DNA of 64,000 bases. It comes from Phycisphaerae bacterium (GTDB lineage: Bacteria; Planctomycetota; Phycisphaerae; SM23-33). The stretch covers positions 6,081-70,080 of the forward strand of contig DRGC01000021.1 of the NCBI GenBank assembly GCA_011050235.1. Reading direction: 5' to 3'. Under the pieces are notes generated by a model. That model was not told the origin of the DNA. It made no database searches and saw only the letters and a program-made list of their open reading frames with translations. The position numbers were made by a program, and so were the translations under genes. Below, piece by piece: positions 29,849-38,671 of this stretch (position 1 is the stretch's first letter; each line of letters opens with the position of its first letter).

Positions 29849-30032
29849 TATTGGCTTGGATCGGGTCTGGCTGAGGGCCGTCGGCGGGAAAAATTGTCGC
29901 GCGACGGGACGGCTGCCCCGCCGCGCGATCATTGAACGTCCGTGTTCGTCGCTGCTACGATAGGGAAATTGCGGCGGGGATCAAGCGGAATTCTACAGGA
30001 AAATCGGGCGCTGGATGGGCCGCGTCGTCGGT

Positions 30033-30048
30033 TGTTCCACGTGGAACA
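30033..30048. promoter_or_regulatory. parS centromere-like site 3 (TGTTCCACGTGGAACA)
   Basis: Third identical perfect palindrome, 13 nt from the asnB stop. Confidence 0.85.
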
Positions 30049-30060
30049 TGCGGGGAGATA

Positions 30061-31944
30061 TCATGGCCTGTTGCGCGTCAGCCACCGCGCCAGCACCATC
30101 AGCGCCCACAGCCGATGGGCGTAGTCACGCTTGCCGGTGAGGTGGTCGTTGACCAACCCTTCGATCGCCTCGCCCCGAAAGACCCCGGTCTCCTCCAGCG
30201 ATCCGTCCAGCAGTGTGACCTTCATCTGCTCGCGAAGTTCGCCGCGCAGCCATCGCGCCAGCGGAACGCCGAAGCCGCGCTTCGGCTGATCGACGATCTC
30301 CCTCGGGAGCAGATCGGCGACGGCGGCGCGGAGCAGCACCTTGCCCCGGGTGGCCGAGAGCTTCGCCTCCAGCGGCAGCGACAGGCCAAGCTGGACAACG
30401 TCCGGGTCGAGCATCGGCGCCCGCAGTTCCAGGCCGTTGGCCATCGAGGCGATGTCGGCCTTGACCAACAGGTCGTCGGGCAGGTACGTCGCCAGATCGC
30501 TGCGCTGGGCGCGGACGACCTCGTCGGGGGCATCGCCGGATTCGTACAACTCGCAGAACCATCGCGTGGGCTCGTGCAGGTCGAGCGATTCGGCGAACTC
30601 GTCGGCCAGGAGAAACTGAAGGTCGTCGGCGTCGAAGAGAGAGCGGTACCGGAAGTATTGCATCGCCGCCGGCAGCGGCAGGGCGTCGGCAAAACGCAGG
30701 AACCGCGTCAGGCGGCTACGCTCGCCTCGCTTGGCGAAGGGCCGGGCCAACGTGGCGGCCAGGCGCGTGAGGGCGTAGCGAAGCGGGCGCATCCGCCCGG
30801 CCAGCATCAGTGCGCGGTAGCGATCGTAGCCGCCGAAGACCTCGTCGCCGCCATCGCCGGCGAGGGCGACGGTGACGTGCCGGCGGGCGGCCTGACAGAT
30901 TAGGTGCATCGGCAGGGCGCTGGAATCGGCGAAGGGCTCGTCGTACATCTCGACGATCCGGTCCAGCGCGCCGGCCGGGTCGGGCTCGACAAGCAATTCG
31001 GTGTGGTCGGTCTTGCAGTGCAGGGCCAACTTCCGGGCGATCGGGCGCTCGTCGTAGGCATCGTCGGCGAAGCCGGCCGTGAAGGTCTTCACCCCGCCGG
31101 CCTCGCCGGCGGCCTCGCTCATCAGGGCGACGATGATGGCCGAGTCCAGCCCGCCGCTGAGCAGGGCGCCCAGCGGCACGTCGCTGACCATCCGGGCGCG
31201 GACGGACGAGCGAAGTCGCTCGCGGACCATCTCGATCTGCTGCGCCGGGTCGGACGGGATCGAGACGTCCTGACAGTGCCAATAGCGCCGCGGCCGGGTG
31301 GGCCGCTCGGTGACGGCCAGCCAGTGGGCGGGCGGAAGCTTGAGGATGTCCGACCAGATCGTCTCGGGAGCCGGAATGTAACCAATTGTTAAATAAGATG
31401 TTACAGAGATTCTGCGCAGGTCTCCATGGACATCCGGATGGGCGAGCAGGGCCTTGGCCTCGGAGGCAAAGATAACGCGGTCGATGCCGAAGGCATACCA
31501 GAGCGGCTTTTGACCCAGGCGGTCGCGGGCCAGCAGCAGCGACCGTTGCTGCGAGTCGTAGATGGCGAAGGCGAACATGCCCTGGAGTTTGTCCAGCATT
31601 CCCGGGCCGTGGCGGCGGTAGAGGTGCAGGAGCACTTCGGTGTCGCCGGCGGTTCGCAGCTCTGCGCCGTCGGCGGCGAGTTCGTCGCGCAGCGCGCGGA
31701 AATTGTAGATCTCCCCGTTGAAGGCCACCGCCAGCCGTCCGTCGGCGTCGGTCATGGGCTGGTGCGACCCGGGCGGATCGATAACGGCCAGCCGGCGAAA
31801 CGCCAGCGCGCAGTGCTTCTCGGGTGAGAGCCATTCGCCTTGCTCATCGGGTCCGCGGTGGGCGAGCCGATCGGCCATGGCGCGGACGACATCGAGCTCG
31901 GCCGGGCTGTCCTGGAAAATAAACTCTCCTGCAAATCCACACAT
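30061..31944 (-). CDS. asnB: asparagine synthase (glutamine-hydrolysing)
   Basis: Start at MCGFAGEF (the catalytic Cys2 after Met removal). PP-loop SGGLDS. 627 aa. Confidence 0.9.
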   Translation of the reverse strand: MCGFAGEFIFQDSPAELDVVRAMADRLAHRGPDEQGEWLSPEKHCALAFRRLAVIDPPGSHQPMTDADGRLAVAFNGEIYNFRALRDELAADGAELRTAGDTEVLLHLYRRHGPGMLDKLQGMFAFAIYDSQQRSLLLARDRLGQKPLWYAFGIDRVIFASEAKALLAHPDVHGDLRRISVTSYLTIGYIPAPETIWSDILKLPPAHWLAVTERPTRPRRYWHCQDVSIPSDPAQQIEMVRERLRSSVRARMVSDVPLGALLSGGLDSAIIVALMSEAAGEAGGVKTFTAGFADDAYDERPIARKLALHCKTDHTELLVEPDPAGALDRIVEMYDEPFADSSALPMHLICQAARRHVTVALAGDGGDEVFGGYDRYRALMLAGRMRPLRYALTRLAATLARPFAKRGERSRLTRFLRFADALPLPAAMQYFRYRSLFDADDLQFLLADEFAESLDLHEPTRWFCELYESGDAPDEVVRAQRSDLATYLPDDLLVKADIASMANGLELRAPMLDPDVVQLGLSLPLEAKLSATRGKVLLRAAVADLLPREIVDQPKRGFGVPLARWLRGELREQMKVTLLDGSLEETGVFRGEAIEGLVNDHLTGKRDYAHRLWALMVLARWLTRNRP

Positions 31945-32103
31945 GGGCGGCATTGTACCGACTGCCCCCACCGTTGACAGCGCCGGTTCGCCCGGCAAGC
32001 GGGCGGGGTCGGCTATTGCGGCAGGGGTGGTGGGGGGCTAGAATCGCCTCCTGCCGCTGCGGCCTCGCTGGCGGCGTGCAAGGATCGTGGAAGGGGCCTG
32101 CCC

Positions 32104-32601
32104 ATGAACGAACGAGCAACGACGACCGACGCCCGCACCCTTGAGTCGCTGGAAGATATCTGGCCGTTGCAGGCGGCGCTGAATGAGCGGGCGGGTTTCG
32201 ACACGGCCGGTCTGGGCCGGGCCCTGGTCGAGGCCGAGGCCGCCGGCGACCAGCAGCGCGCGGCGGAGCTTCGCACGCAGGTCGGCCGGGCGCTGAAGAA
32301 CTATCTCGACGCCCTGGTTTCCGAGTGCCACGAGCTTCAGGACTGTCTGAGCTGGAAGCACTGGTATCAGGAGGCCAAGGAGGGCCGCCAGTACGAGCTG
32401 CAGGATCTGCAGAACGCCCGGGTGGAAGCGACCGACATGCTGTTCTTCTGGATCAGCATCTGTCAGCTTCTGGGGATGGACTGCCAGGATATCTATCGAC
32501 TTTACGCAAAGAAGCTTCGTATTAATCACAAGCGGCAGGATGAAGGCCGCACGCAAGCTGAGCACGACGATCACGAGAATGAGAACCGTTCGATCGTCTA
32601 G
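32104..32601 (+). CDS. dimeric all-alpha dUTPase-family (MazG-like dUTP pyrophosphatase) protein
   Basis: All-alpha composition. Motifs ELQDCLSWKHWYQEAKEG...ELQDLQNARVEATDMLFFWISICQLLGMD...IYRLYAKKLRINHKRQDEG resemble the dimeric dUTPase (dUTPase_2) family. Moderate confidence without HMM confirmation. Confidence 0.55.
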   Translation: MNERATTTDARTLESLEDIWPLQAALNERAGFDTAGLGRALVEAEAAGDQQRAAELRTQVGRALKNYLDALVSECHELQDCLSWKHWYQEAKEGRQYELQDLQNARVEATDMLFFWISICQLLGMDCQDIYRLYAKKLRINHKRQDEGRTQAEHDDHENENRSIV

Positions 32602-32663
32602 GAATCAACAAGCCGGGGGCTGCGCGGCGATATGACGACATAAGGCAAGAGGAGACGACTGCG

Positions 32664-34082
32664 ATGAAGTGGACGTGTGCAATACTCTGTGCGACGATGC
32701 TGACCGGGATCGGCTGCGGGCCGCCCGCCGAATCCGCCGATGCGCTGACGGGCGAGGCGGCCCGGGCCGAGCAGCTGATGGCGGCGGCGGGCGCCGCCAA
32801 TGCCCTGGATTTCCGAAAGGTGGTCCAGGAGGCCAAATCGAAGGTCTTTCCCGCGGTGGTGTTCATCAAGGTCTTGCAGGAAAGCTTTGAGTCCGGCAAG
32901 AAGGTCACCCGCGAGATGTTCGGCAGCGGGGTGTTGATCTCGGCCTCGGGCGAGGCGGTGACCAACTGGCACGTGGTGGACAAGGCCGCTGAAATCCGCT
33001 GCCTGCTCTACGACGGGCGACACATGGACGCCAAGGTGATCGGCAAGGACAAGGACACCGACCTGGCGCTGATCCAACTGGACGTGCCCGAAGGCGCCGC
33101 CGACCTGCCGCACGCCGAGATGGGCGATTCGGAGGCGCTGAAGGAAGGCGACTTCGTGATGGCCATGGGCGCCCCGTGGGGGCTGAGTCGCTCGGTCTCC
33201 ATCGGCATCATCTCCTGCACGAAGCGCTACCTGCTGAACAACAGCGAGTACAGCCTTTGGCTGCAGACGGATGCGGCGATCAGCCCGGGCAACTCGGGCG
33301 GCCCGCTGGTCAACACCGACGGGAAGGTGATCGGCATCAACACGCGCGGCATCATGCGCGGCGGCGACACGGGTTTCGCCGTTCCCTCCGGCACGGTTCG
33401 GCTGATCACCGACCGCCTGCGCGAGTACGGCGATGTCAACTGGAGCTGGACGGGCCTGAGGCTGCAGCCGTTGAAGGACTTCAACAAGGACATCTACTTC
33501 GACGGCGACGAAGGCGTGATCGTCTCGGGCACCGATCCGGAAAGCCCCGCCCGTCGGGCCGGCCTGCGGTCGCGCGATCGGATCATGGCGATCAACGGCC
33601 AGCCGGTGACGGCGATGTTCGAAGAAGACCTGCCCGAGGTCCGACAGATGCTGGGGCTGCTGGCGAAGATGGAAGAGGCCACCCTCACCCTTCGGCGCGA
33701 CGGCGAGGTGCTGACGTTGGCTATGAGCCCGCGCGAAAAAGGCAAGGTCGAGGGCGAAGAACTGGACTGCCCCCGCTGGAACATGACCGTCAAGCAGATC
33801 AACCAGTTCGACAACAAGGACCTGTACTTCCACCGCAAAGAGGGCGTGTTTATTTACGGCACCAAGCATCCGGGCAACGCGTCCAAGTCGGGCCTGGAAG
33901 AGCAGGACATCATCCTGAAAATCGACGGAAAACCCCTCAAGACGCTCGAGGACGTCGAGAAGGTCTACGATGCCGCAATCGATAACATCGACCGCAAGCA
34001 CCGCATTCTGTTCATCGTGTTGCGAAACGGTCTGATGCGGCAGATCGTCCTGGACTTTTCGCGGGATTACGAACGGGAATAG
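32664..34082 (+). CDS. periplasmic serine endoprotease DegP/HtrA (trypsin-like domain + 2 PDZ)
   Basis: Lipoprotein-type signal. Catalytic triad context (TNWHVV..., D...DLALIQL, GNSGGPLVN). Two PDZ-like segments. Confidence 0.9.
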   Translation: MKWTCAILCATMLTGIGCGPPAESADALTGEAARAEQLMAAAGAANALDFRKVVQEAKSKVFPAVVFIKVLQESFESGKKVTREMFGSGVLISASGEAVTNWHVVDKAAEIRCLLYDGRHMDAKVIGKDKDTDLALIQLDVPEGAADLPHAEMGDSEALKEGDFVMAMGAPWGLSRSVSIGIISCTKRYLLNNSEYSLWLQTDAAISPGNSGGPLVNTDGKVIGINTRGIMRGGDTGFAVPSGTVRLITDRLREYGDVNWSWTGLRLQPLKDFNKDIYFDGDEGVIVSGTDPESPARRAGLRSRDRIMAINGQPVTAMFEEDLPEVRQMLGLLAKMEEATLTLRRDGEVLTLAMSPREKGKVEGEELDCPRWNMTVKQINQFDNKDLYFHRKEGVFIYGTKHPGNASKSGLEEQDIILKIDGKPLKTLEDVEKVYDAAIDNIDRKHRILFIVLRNGLMRQIVLDFSRDYERE

Positions 34083-34113
34083 CGAATGTGCCGTCTGTCT
34101 TAAGGAGCCAATC

Positions 34114-36480
34114 ATGACGCGCAGGTCATCGACAATGATCCTTCTAATGTTGGGCCTTCTGCTGTGGCCGGTTGCGGCGACGGCCCAGGGGCCGGACGAA
34201 GCGGTGGGTGGTGAGGCCGACCCCCCGGCCACCGCCGAAGCCGAAGCCGTCGTCGAAGCCGACGTGGACGAGACCGACGGGGACAAGACCGACGAGGATG
34301 ACGACACGCCGACGTCCGAAAAGCTGTTGGCCGTCATCGATGCGGCCCGGCCGGGGCTGGTCCAGATCGAATACACGTTGCAGTTCGACAAGGGCGAGGC
34401 GCCGCGTTTCTACGGCGGCACGCGCAGCAGCTACGGCGCCACCGTGATCGAACAGGAACGCCCGCTTGAGAGCAACGGCTTTCTGGTGGGCGACAAGAAG
34501 GTCCTTCTCGGCGACCTGATGATCCACCCGCGGTTCGTCAAGTCCATTGCCGTGCGGTTCGGCGACGACGTTGTCGAGGCCACACGGGCCGGCTACGCCG
34601 CCGGCCACGACGCGATCTTCCTGGACCTGGCCCGCCCGCTGAAGGGTGCCACCCCGCTGGCGTTCGACGCATCGGCTGAAGGCCCGTACAAGATCGTCTC
34701 GTACGGCATCCGCGACGGCGCATGGACGGCGCGCGCGCGTGACTTCACCCCGGCCGCCGCCCGCAACGTGCTGGGCGAGGAGTTCCAACCGTCGCCGTCG
34801 GATGTGCTGATCGTCACCGAAGAGGGTACGCCGGTGGCGATCTGGATGGATGCCGAGATGCCGATCGACGACTCGTGGAAGGGCTCGCCGCTGGCGTGGG
34901 AGATCATTGACCAGCCGCAGATGGCCGACCTGCAGGCAAAGCTGAAGACATGGGCCGATGGCTCGCTGCTTCGCGTGGCGCTGGCGTTCAGAAGCCCGAA
35001 GAAAAAGTATGGCAGTTCGCGCGCTGACATGGCGGGCATGGGCAACGAGATCGGCACGGAGCGGAATGTGATCGGCATCCTGATCGGCCCCAAGCGCGTG
35101 CTCGTGCTGGCCGAACTTCCCCAGAAGGCGACCGTTCGCCTCGATCGCATCCAGGTGTTCTCCGTCGACGGCGATCCGGTCGAAGCGACCTTCGTCGGCA
35201 CGCTGAAAGACTACGGCTGCCTGCTGGTCGATCTCGAACAGCCGCTGGAAGGCGCGGTGACATTGGCCGACGACGGGCTTCGCAAGGCCTACAACCAGTT
35301 GCTCCTGCTGGCTGACATCAGCGTTCGGGGCGACAACCGCGTGGTCTACTTCCTGCGGCATCGCATCCAGGAACTCCGCCTGGGCTGGAAACGGAACGTC
35401 TACCCCAGCATCCCCGGCAACGAGAGCGGCCTGTTCCTGTTCGACAGGCAAGGGCGCCTGGTGGCGTTTCCGGTTTCGCGCCGACAAAAGCCCAGCAGCG
35501 GCCGTCGCGCGGGCTCGGTCCGAACGACGGCGGCGACGCAGCTGGCGGCTGTGGTCAACAGCGACGACCTCGCCGAGCACCTGGCCCCCAGCAACGTGCC
35601 CTTAACCGAAGAGCAGGAGAACCGTCTGGCGTGGCTGGGCGTGGCCCTGCAACCGATGAGCCGCGAGTTGGCCCGGGCCAACCAAGTCTCCAAGCTGACC
35701 CGGGACGGGGAGACCGGCGCGATTGTCTCCTTTGTTTACGACGAATCGCCCGCCGCCGCCGCGGGCGTCGAGATCGGATGGATCCTGTTGCGCCTGCACG
35801 TGGAAGATGAACCCAAGCCCCTGGAAGTTCGCGTCAGCGAGTACATCTGGGATATGCGCCCATTCCCGTGGGATCGATTCGACTCGTTTTCGATCGAGAG
35901 CTTCGACGGCGCCGCGCCGCCGTGGCGGCCGGCGGAGAATCGGTTCACGCGGGCGTTGACCGATTTTGGCTTCGCCAAGACGTACAAGGCGGAGTTCTTC
36001 GTGGACGGCGAGATCGTCAAGAAAGACTTTACCGTTGTCGAATCGCCCACACACTACGAGTCGGCGCCGCGGCAGAAGTCCGAGTTCGTCGGCCTGACGG
36101 TTCGCAACATGACGTTCGAACTGCGACGGTACTTCCGAAAGGTCGCCGACGATCCGGGCGTGGTCATCTCCAAGGTCGAATCAGGCGGGCGGGCGGCCGT
36201 TGCCGGGCTCAAGCCTTTCGAGATCATCACCCACATCAACGGGCAGGCCGTCCACACCGTCAAGGACTTCGAGACGCTGATTCAGAATCAGCCGGAGCTT
36301 CAAATGGTGGTCCTTCGGATGACCGACAGCCGGGGCGTGAACATCGAGATGCCCACCTCCGCCCCGGCCGACGGCGACCAACCGCCAACGACGGCCCCGG
36401 CCGAGGGTGACCAACCGCCAACGACGGGCCCGGCCGAGCCGCCCGCCACCGCACCTGCGACAATGCCGGACGCCCCGTAG
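34114..36480 (+). CDS. large secreted PDZ-domain protein with degenerate HtrA-like domains (probable pseudo-protease) and a C-terminal Pro/Thr-rich repeat tail
   Basis: Signal peptide and acidic linker. Regions resembling the trypsin-fold beta-barrels of HtrA are present but the GNSGGP serine motif is absent. Clear C-terminal PDZ (GVVISKVESGGRAAVAGLKPFEIITHINGQAVHTVKDFETLI). The tail is PADGDQPPTTAPAEGDQPPTTGPAEPPATAPATMPDAP. Confidence 0.55.
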   Translation: MTRRSSTMILLMLGLLLWPVAATAQGPDEAVGGEADPPATAEAEAVVEADVDETDGDKTDEDDDTPTSEKLLAVIDAARPGLVQIEYTLQFDKGEAPRFYGGTRSSYGATVIEQERPLESNGFLVGDKKVLLGDLMIHPRFVKSIAVRFGDDVVEATRAGYAAGHDAIFLDLARPLKGATPLAFDASAEGPYKIVSYGIRDGAWTARARDFTPAAARNVLGEEFQPSPSDVLIVTEEGTPVAIWMDAEMPIDDSWKGSPLAWEIIDQPQMADLQAKLKTWADGSLLRVALAFRSPKKKYGSSRADMAGMGNEIGTERNVIGILIGPKRVLVLAELPQKATVRLDRIQVFSVDGDPVEATFVGTLKDYGCLLVDLEQPLEGAVTLADDGLRKAYNQLLLLADISVRGDNRVVYFLRHRIQELRLGWKRNVYPSIPGNESGLFLFDRQGRLVAFPVSRRQKPSSGRRAGSVRTTAATQLAAVVNSDDLAEHLAPSNVPLTEEQENRLAWLGVALQPMSRELARANQVSKLTRDGETGAIVSFVYDESPAAAAGVEIGWILLRLHVEDEPKPLEVRVSEYIWDMRPFPWDRFDSFSIESFDGAAPPWRPAENRFTRALTDFGFAKTYKAEFFVDGEIVKKDFTVVESPTHYESAPRQKSEFVGLTVRNMTFELRRYFRKVADDPGVVISKVESGGRAAVAGLKPFEIITHINGQAVHTVKDFETLIQNQPELQMVVLRMTDSRGVNIEMPTSAPADGDQPPTTAPAEGDQPPTTGPAEPPATAPATMPDAP
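36361..36450 (+). repeat. 33-bp in-frame tandem repeat (~2.3 copies) encoding PA[DE]GDQPPTT[AG]
   Basis: GCCCCGGCCGACGGCGACCAACCGCCAACGACG / GCCCCGGCCGAGGGTGACCAACCGCCAACGACG / partial third copy, at the 3' end of the 34114..36480 CDS. Confidence 0.8.
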
Positions 36481-36504
36481 CTGGGCGGCAAGTTGCGCAA
36501 TCCC

Positions 36505-36530
36505 AAGGCCGGTCCGCCTGGGCCGGCCTT
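36505..36530 (+). terminator. GC-rich hairpin downstream of the 34114..36480 CDS (candidate intrinsic terminator)
   Basis: AAGGCCGG-tccgcctggg-CCGGCCTT followed by gtt, 25 nt after the stop codon. Confidence 0.45.
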
Positions 36531-36815
36531 GTTCATGCGCGGCCGCCCGGGCGTCGCGCAGCGGGCAAAAGGGCGGGTCAGGGGCTTCTGTCTTGTCGGG
36601 CGAAGGCGACGGGCTTAGGCTTGGCCGGTCTTTGCGGCGTGAGAGGATCCGGCCTTGTCTGCGCGGGAACAACTGCTGATTTCGGCGGCGATGTTCCTCG
36701 TGCTCGTGCTGCCGGTGATCTTCCTGCTGGCGGATCGAATGCCCGGCCGCTGAGGGGGGGGAAAACGGGCCGAGGCCTGTATAATAGATTGTTTGCCGAG
36801 CGATTGACGTGATCG

Positions 36816-38147
36816 ATGCCTGAACCGAAACCAATTGATCTGTCCGCCCAGCCCGAGCGAGCGCTGCTCGTGGCGGTGCTGCTGCCGCAGAGCAAGAACG
36901 ATCCGATGGACCCGTTGGGGGAGCTGCGCAGTCTGGCCAAGACAGCGGGCGTCGACGTGGTGGACGAGATCGTCGCCAAGCGACGAAGGCCCCACCCGGG
37001 CCTGTATGTCGGCTCGGGCAAGGCCCAGCAGATCGGTGAGCGCGCCGAGGCCAACGAAGCGGCTGTCGTGATCTTCGACAACGACCTGACGCCGGCGCAG
37101 ATTCGCGACCTGGAGGAGATCGTCGAGCGCAAGGTGATCGACCGCAGCGAGTTGATCCTGGATATCTTCGCCGCTCACGCGCGGACCAGCGAGAGCCGCT
37201 TGCAGGTGGAGTTGGCTCAGTTGGAATACACCTACCCGCGGCTGCGCCATATGTGGAGCCACCTCGAGCGGATCGCGGGCGGAGCGTCGACGGCGGCCTC
37301 GGCGGTCGGCGGCGTCGGCACGCGAGGCCCGGGCGAAAAGCAGATCGAGATCGACCGGCGGCTGGTGCAGAAGCGCGTGTCGCAGTTGAAACGCGAGATT
37401 GCCGTTATCGACCGCCGCAAGATCCGCCAGGTTCGCAGCCGGGCGCACATCCCCGGCGTGTGCCTGGTCGGCTATACCAACGCCGGCAAGAGCACGCTGA
37501 TGAACCGTCTGACGGGCGCAGGCGTGTTCGTGGCCGACCAGCTCTTTGCGACGCTGGACACGAGGACGCGCCAGTGGAGGCTGCTCGACGGTGAGACCGT
37601 ACTGCTGAGCGACACGGTCGGTTTCGTGCGCGATCTGCCGCACCACCTGGTGGCAAGTTTCCGCGCAACGCTGGAAGAGGCGATCCATGCCGATCTACTG
37701 CTGCACGTCGCCGACGCGTCCGCCGATCGCGTGGCCGATCAGATCGAGGCCGTCCACAGCGTGCTGGCCGAGTTGGGCTGTGACGGCGGCAGCCAGTTGC
37801 TGGTGCTCAACAAGATCGACTGCATCATGGACCCGACGGTGCGGACGGTGCTGGCGGCGCGCTATCCGGAGGCGCTGTTTGTTTCGGCGGCCGAGGGGAA
37901 TGGGGTCGAGAAGCTCGAGGCGGAAGTGGCTCGCCGGGCGGGCGGCGAATCGGTCCGTGTGACGCTGGTGGCCGACTGCAAATCGGGCAAGCTGATGCAC
38001 TTTATTTCGCAGCACGGGCAGATCGAGCGGCAGGAGTTTCACGATGCGACCGCGGAGATCGAGGCGGTGTTCCCGGCCCGGCGGCTGGCTGAGCTGAAGG
38101 CGTTCGCCCCCGACGTGACGATCGTCGACGGCCCGTACGCCGTGTAG
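36816..38147 (+). CDS. hflX: GTPase HflX
   Basis: HflX N-terminal domain plus G-domain motifs (GYTNAGKST, DTVGF, NKID). Confidence 0.9.
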   Translation: MPEPKPIDLSAQPERALLVAVLLPQSKNDPMDPLGELRSLAKTAGVDVVDEIVAKRRRPHPGLYVGSGKAQQIGERAEANEAAVVIFDNDLTPAQIRDLEEIVERKVIDRSELILDIFAAHARTSESRLQVELAQLEYTYPRLRHMWSHLERIAGGASTAASAVGGVGTRGPGEKQIEIDRRLVQKRVSQLKREIAVIDRRKIRQVRSRAHIPGVCLVGYTNAGKSTLMNRLTGAGVFVADQLFATLDTRTRQWRLLDGETVLLSDTVGFVRDLPHHLVASFRATLEEAIHADLLLHVADASADRVADQIEAVHSVLAELGCDGGSQLLVLNKIDCIMDPTVRTVLAARYPEALFVSAAEGNGVEKLEAEVARRAGGESVRVTLVADCKSGKLMHFISQHGQIERQEFHDATAEIEAVFPARRLAELKAFAPDVTIVDGPYAV

Positions 38148-38506
38148 AATCAGCGGCGGCCAGAGGGCCCGATAAACAAGCGTGCGTGTCCGGCAATCGT
38201 TATCGGACGTGGGACCAGGGGGTGATAAAAGGCCCGTATTTATGGGGTTTTTGTGAGGTCGGCGGTGTGAAGGACCGAATTTTTCAGCGCTTAAAGTTCT
38301 GAGGTGAACTGGCCGAATTAATAAGACAACATCATCGGCAAAACAGCCGCAGGCGCTGCCGAAACACCACAAGGGCGATGGAGCCAGCCAGGTCTCCATC
38401 GCCTGATGTGTTTGAACCACCTTTGCGCGGGGAGGCAGACTATTGCGGAGGCGATGGTGGCTCAAGGGGAGTTTCCGGTTGAGCGGCAGTGTGGGGTGGA
38501 AATTTC

Positions 38507-38593
38507 AAATCTCAAGAAACAAGATACAAAGACAAACCCCACAGCGCGACCATTCGGATCAGGCTGCTGTTTGTATCTTGTATCTTGAGATTT
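38507..38593. repeat. 87-bp AT-rich element: 24-26 bp near-perfect inverted repeat flanking a 39-nt core (long hairpin / MITE-like)
   Basis: AAATCTCAAGAAACAAGATACAAA ... TTTGTATCTTGTATCTTGAGATTT with one mismatch. The core contains GCGCGACCATTCGGATCAGGC. A near-copy GCGCGGTCATTCGGATCGGGC occurs ~58 nt downstream (38616-38636). Lies in the convergent hflX/rny gap. Confidence 0.6.
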
Positions 38594-38671
38594 GGCGAGC
38601 CCTGCCGCGCGGTCATTCGGATCGGGCCGAGGACTAGCCCGGTTCCCAGCTCCTGGTTCCCGGTTCCCAAT

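Noticed and set aside
36640-36752. Tiny hydrophobic ORF (MFLVLVLPVIFLLADRMPGR) upstream of hflX
   Set aside because: Only 20 codons from the ATG with no RBS and no conservation evidence. Possibly a leader peptide but unsupported.
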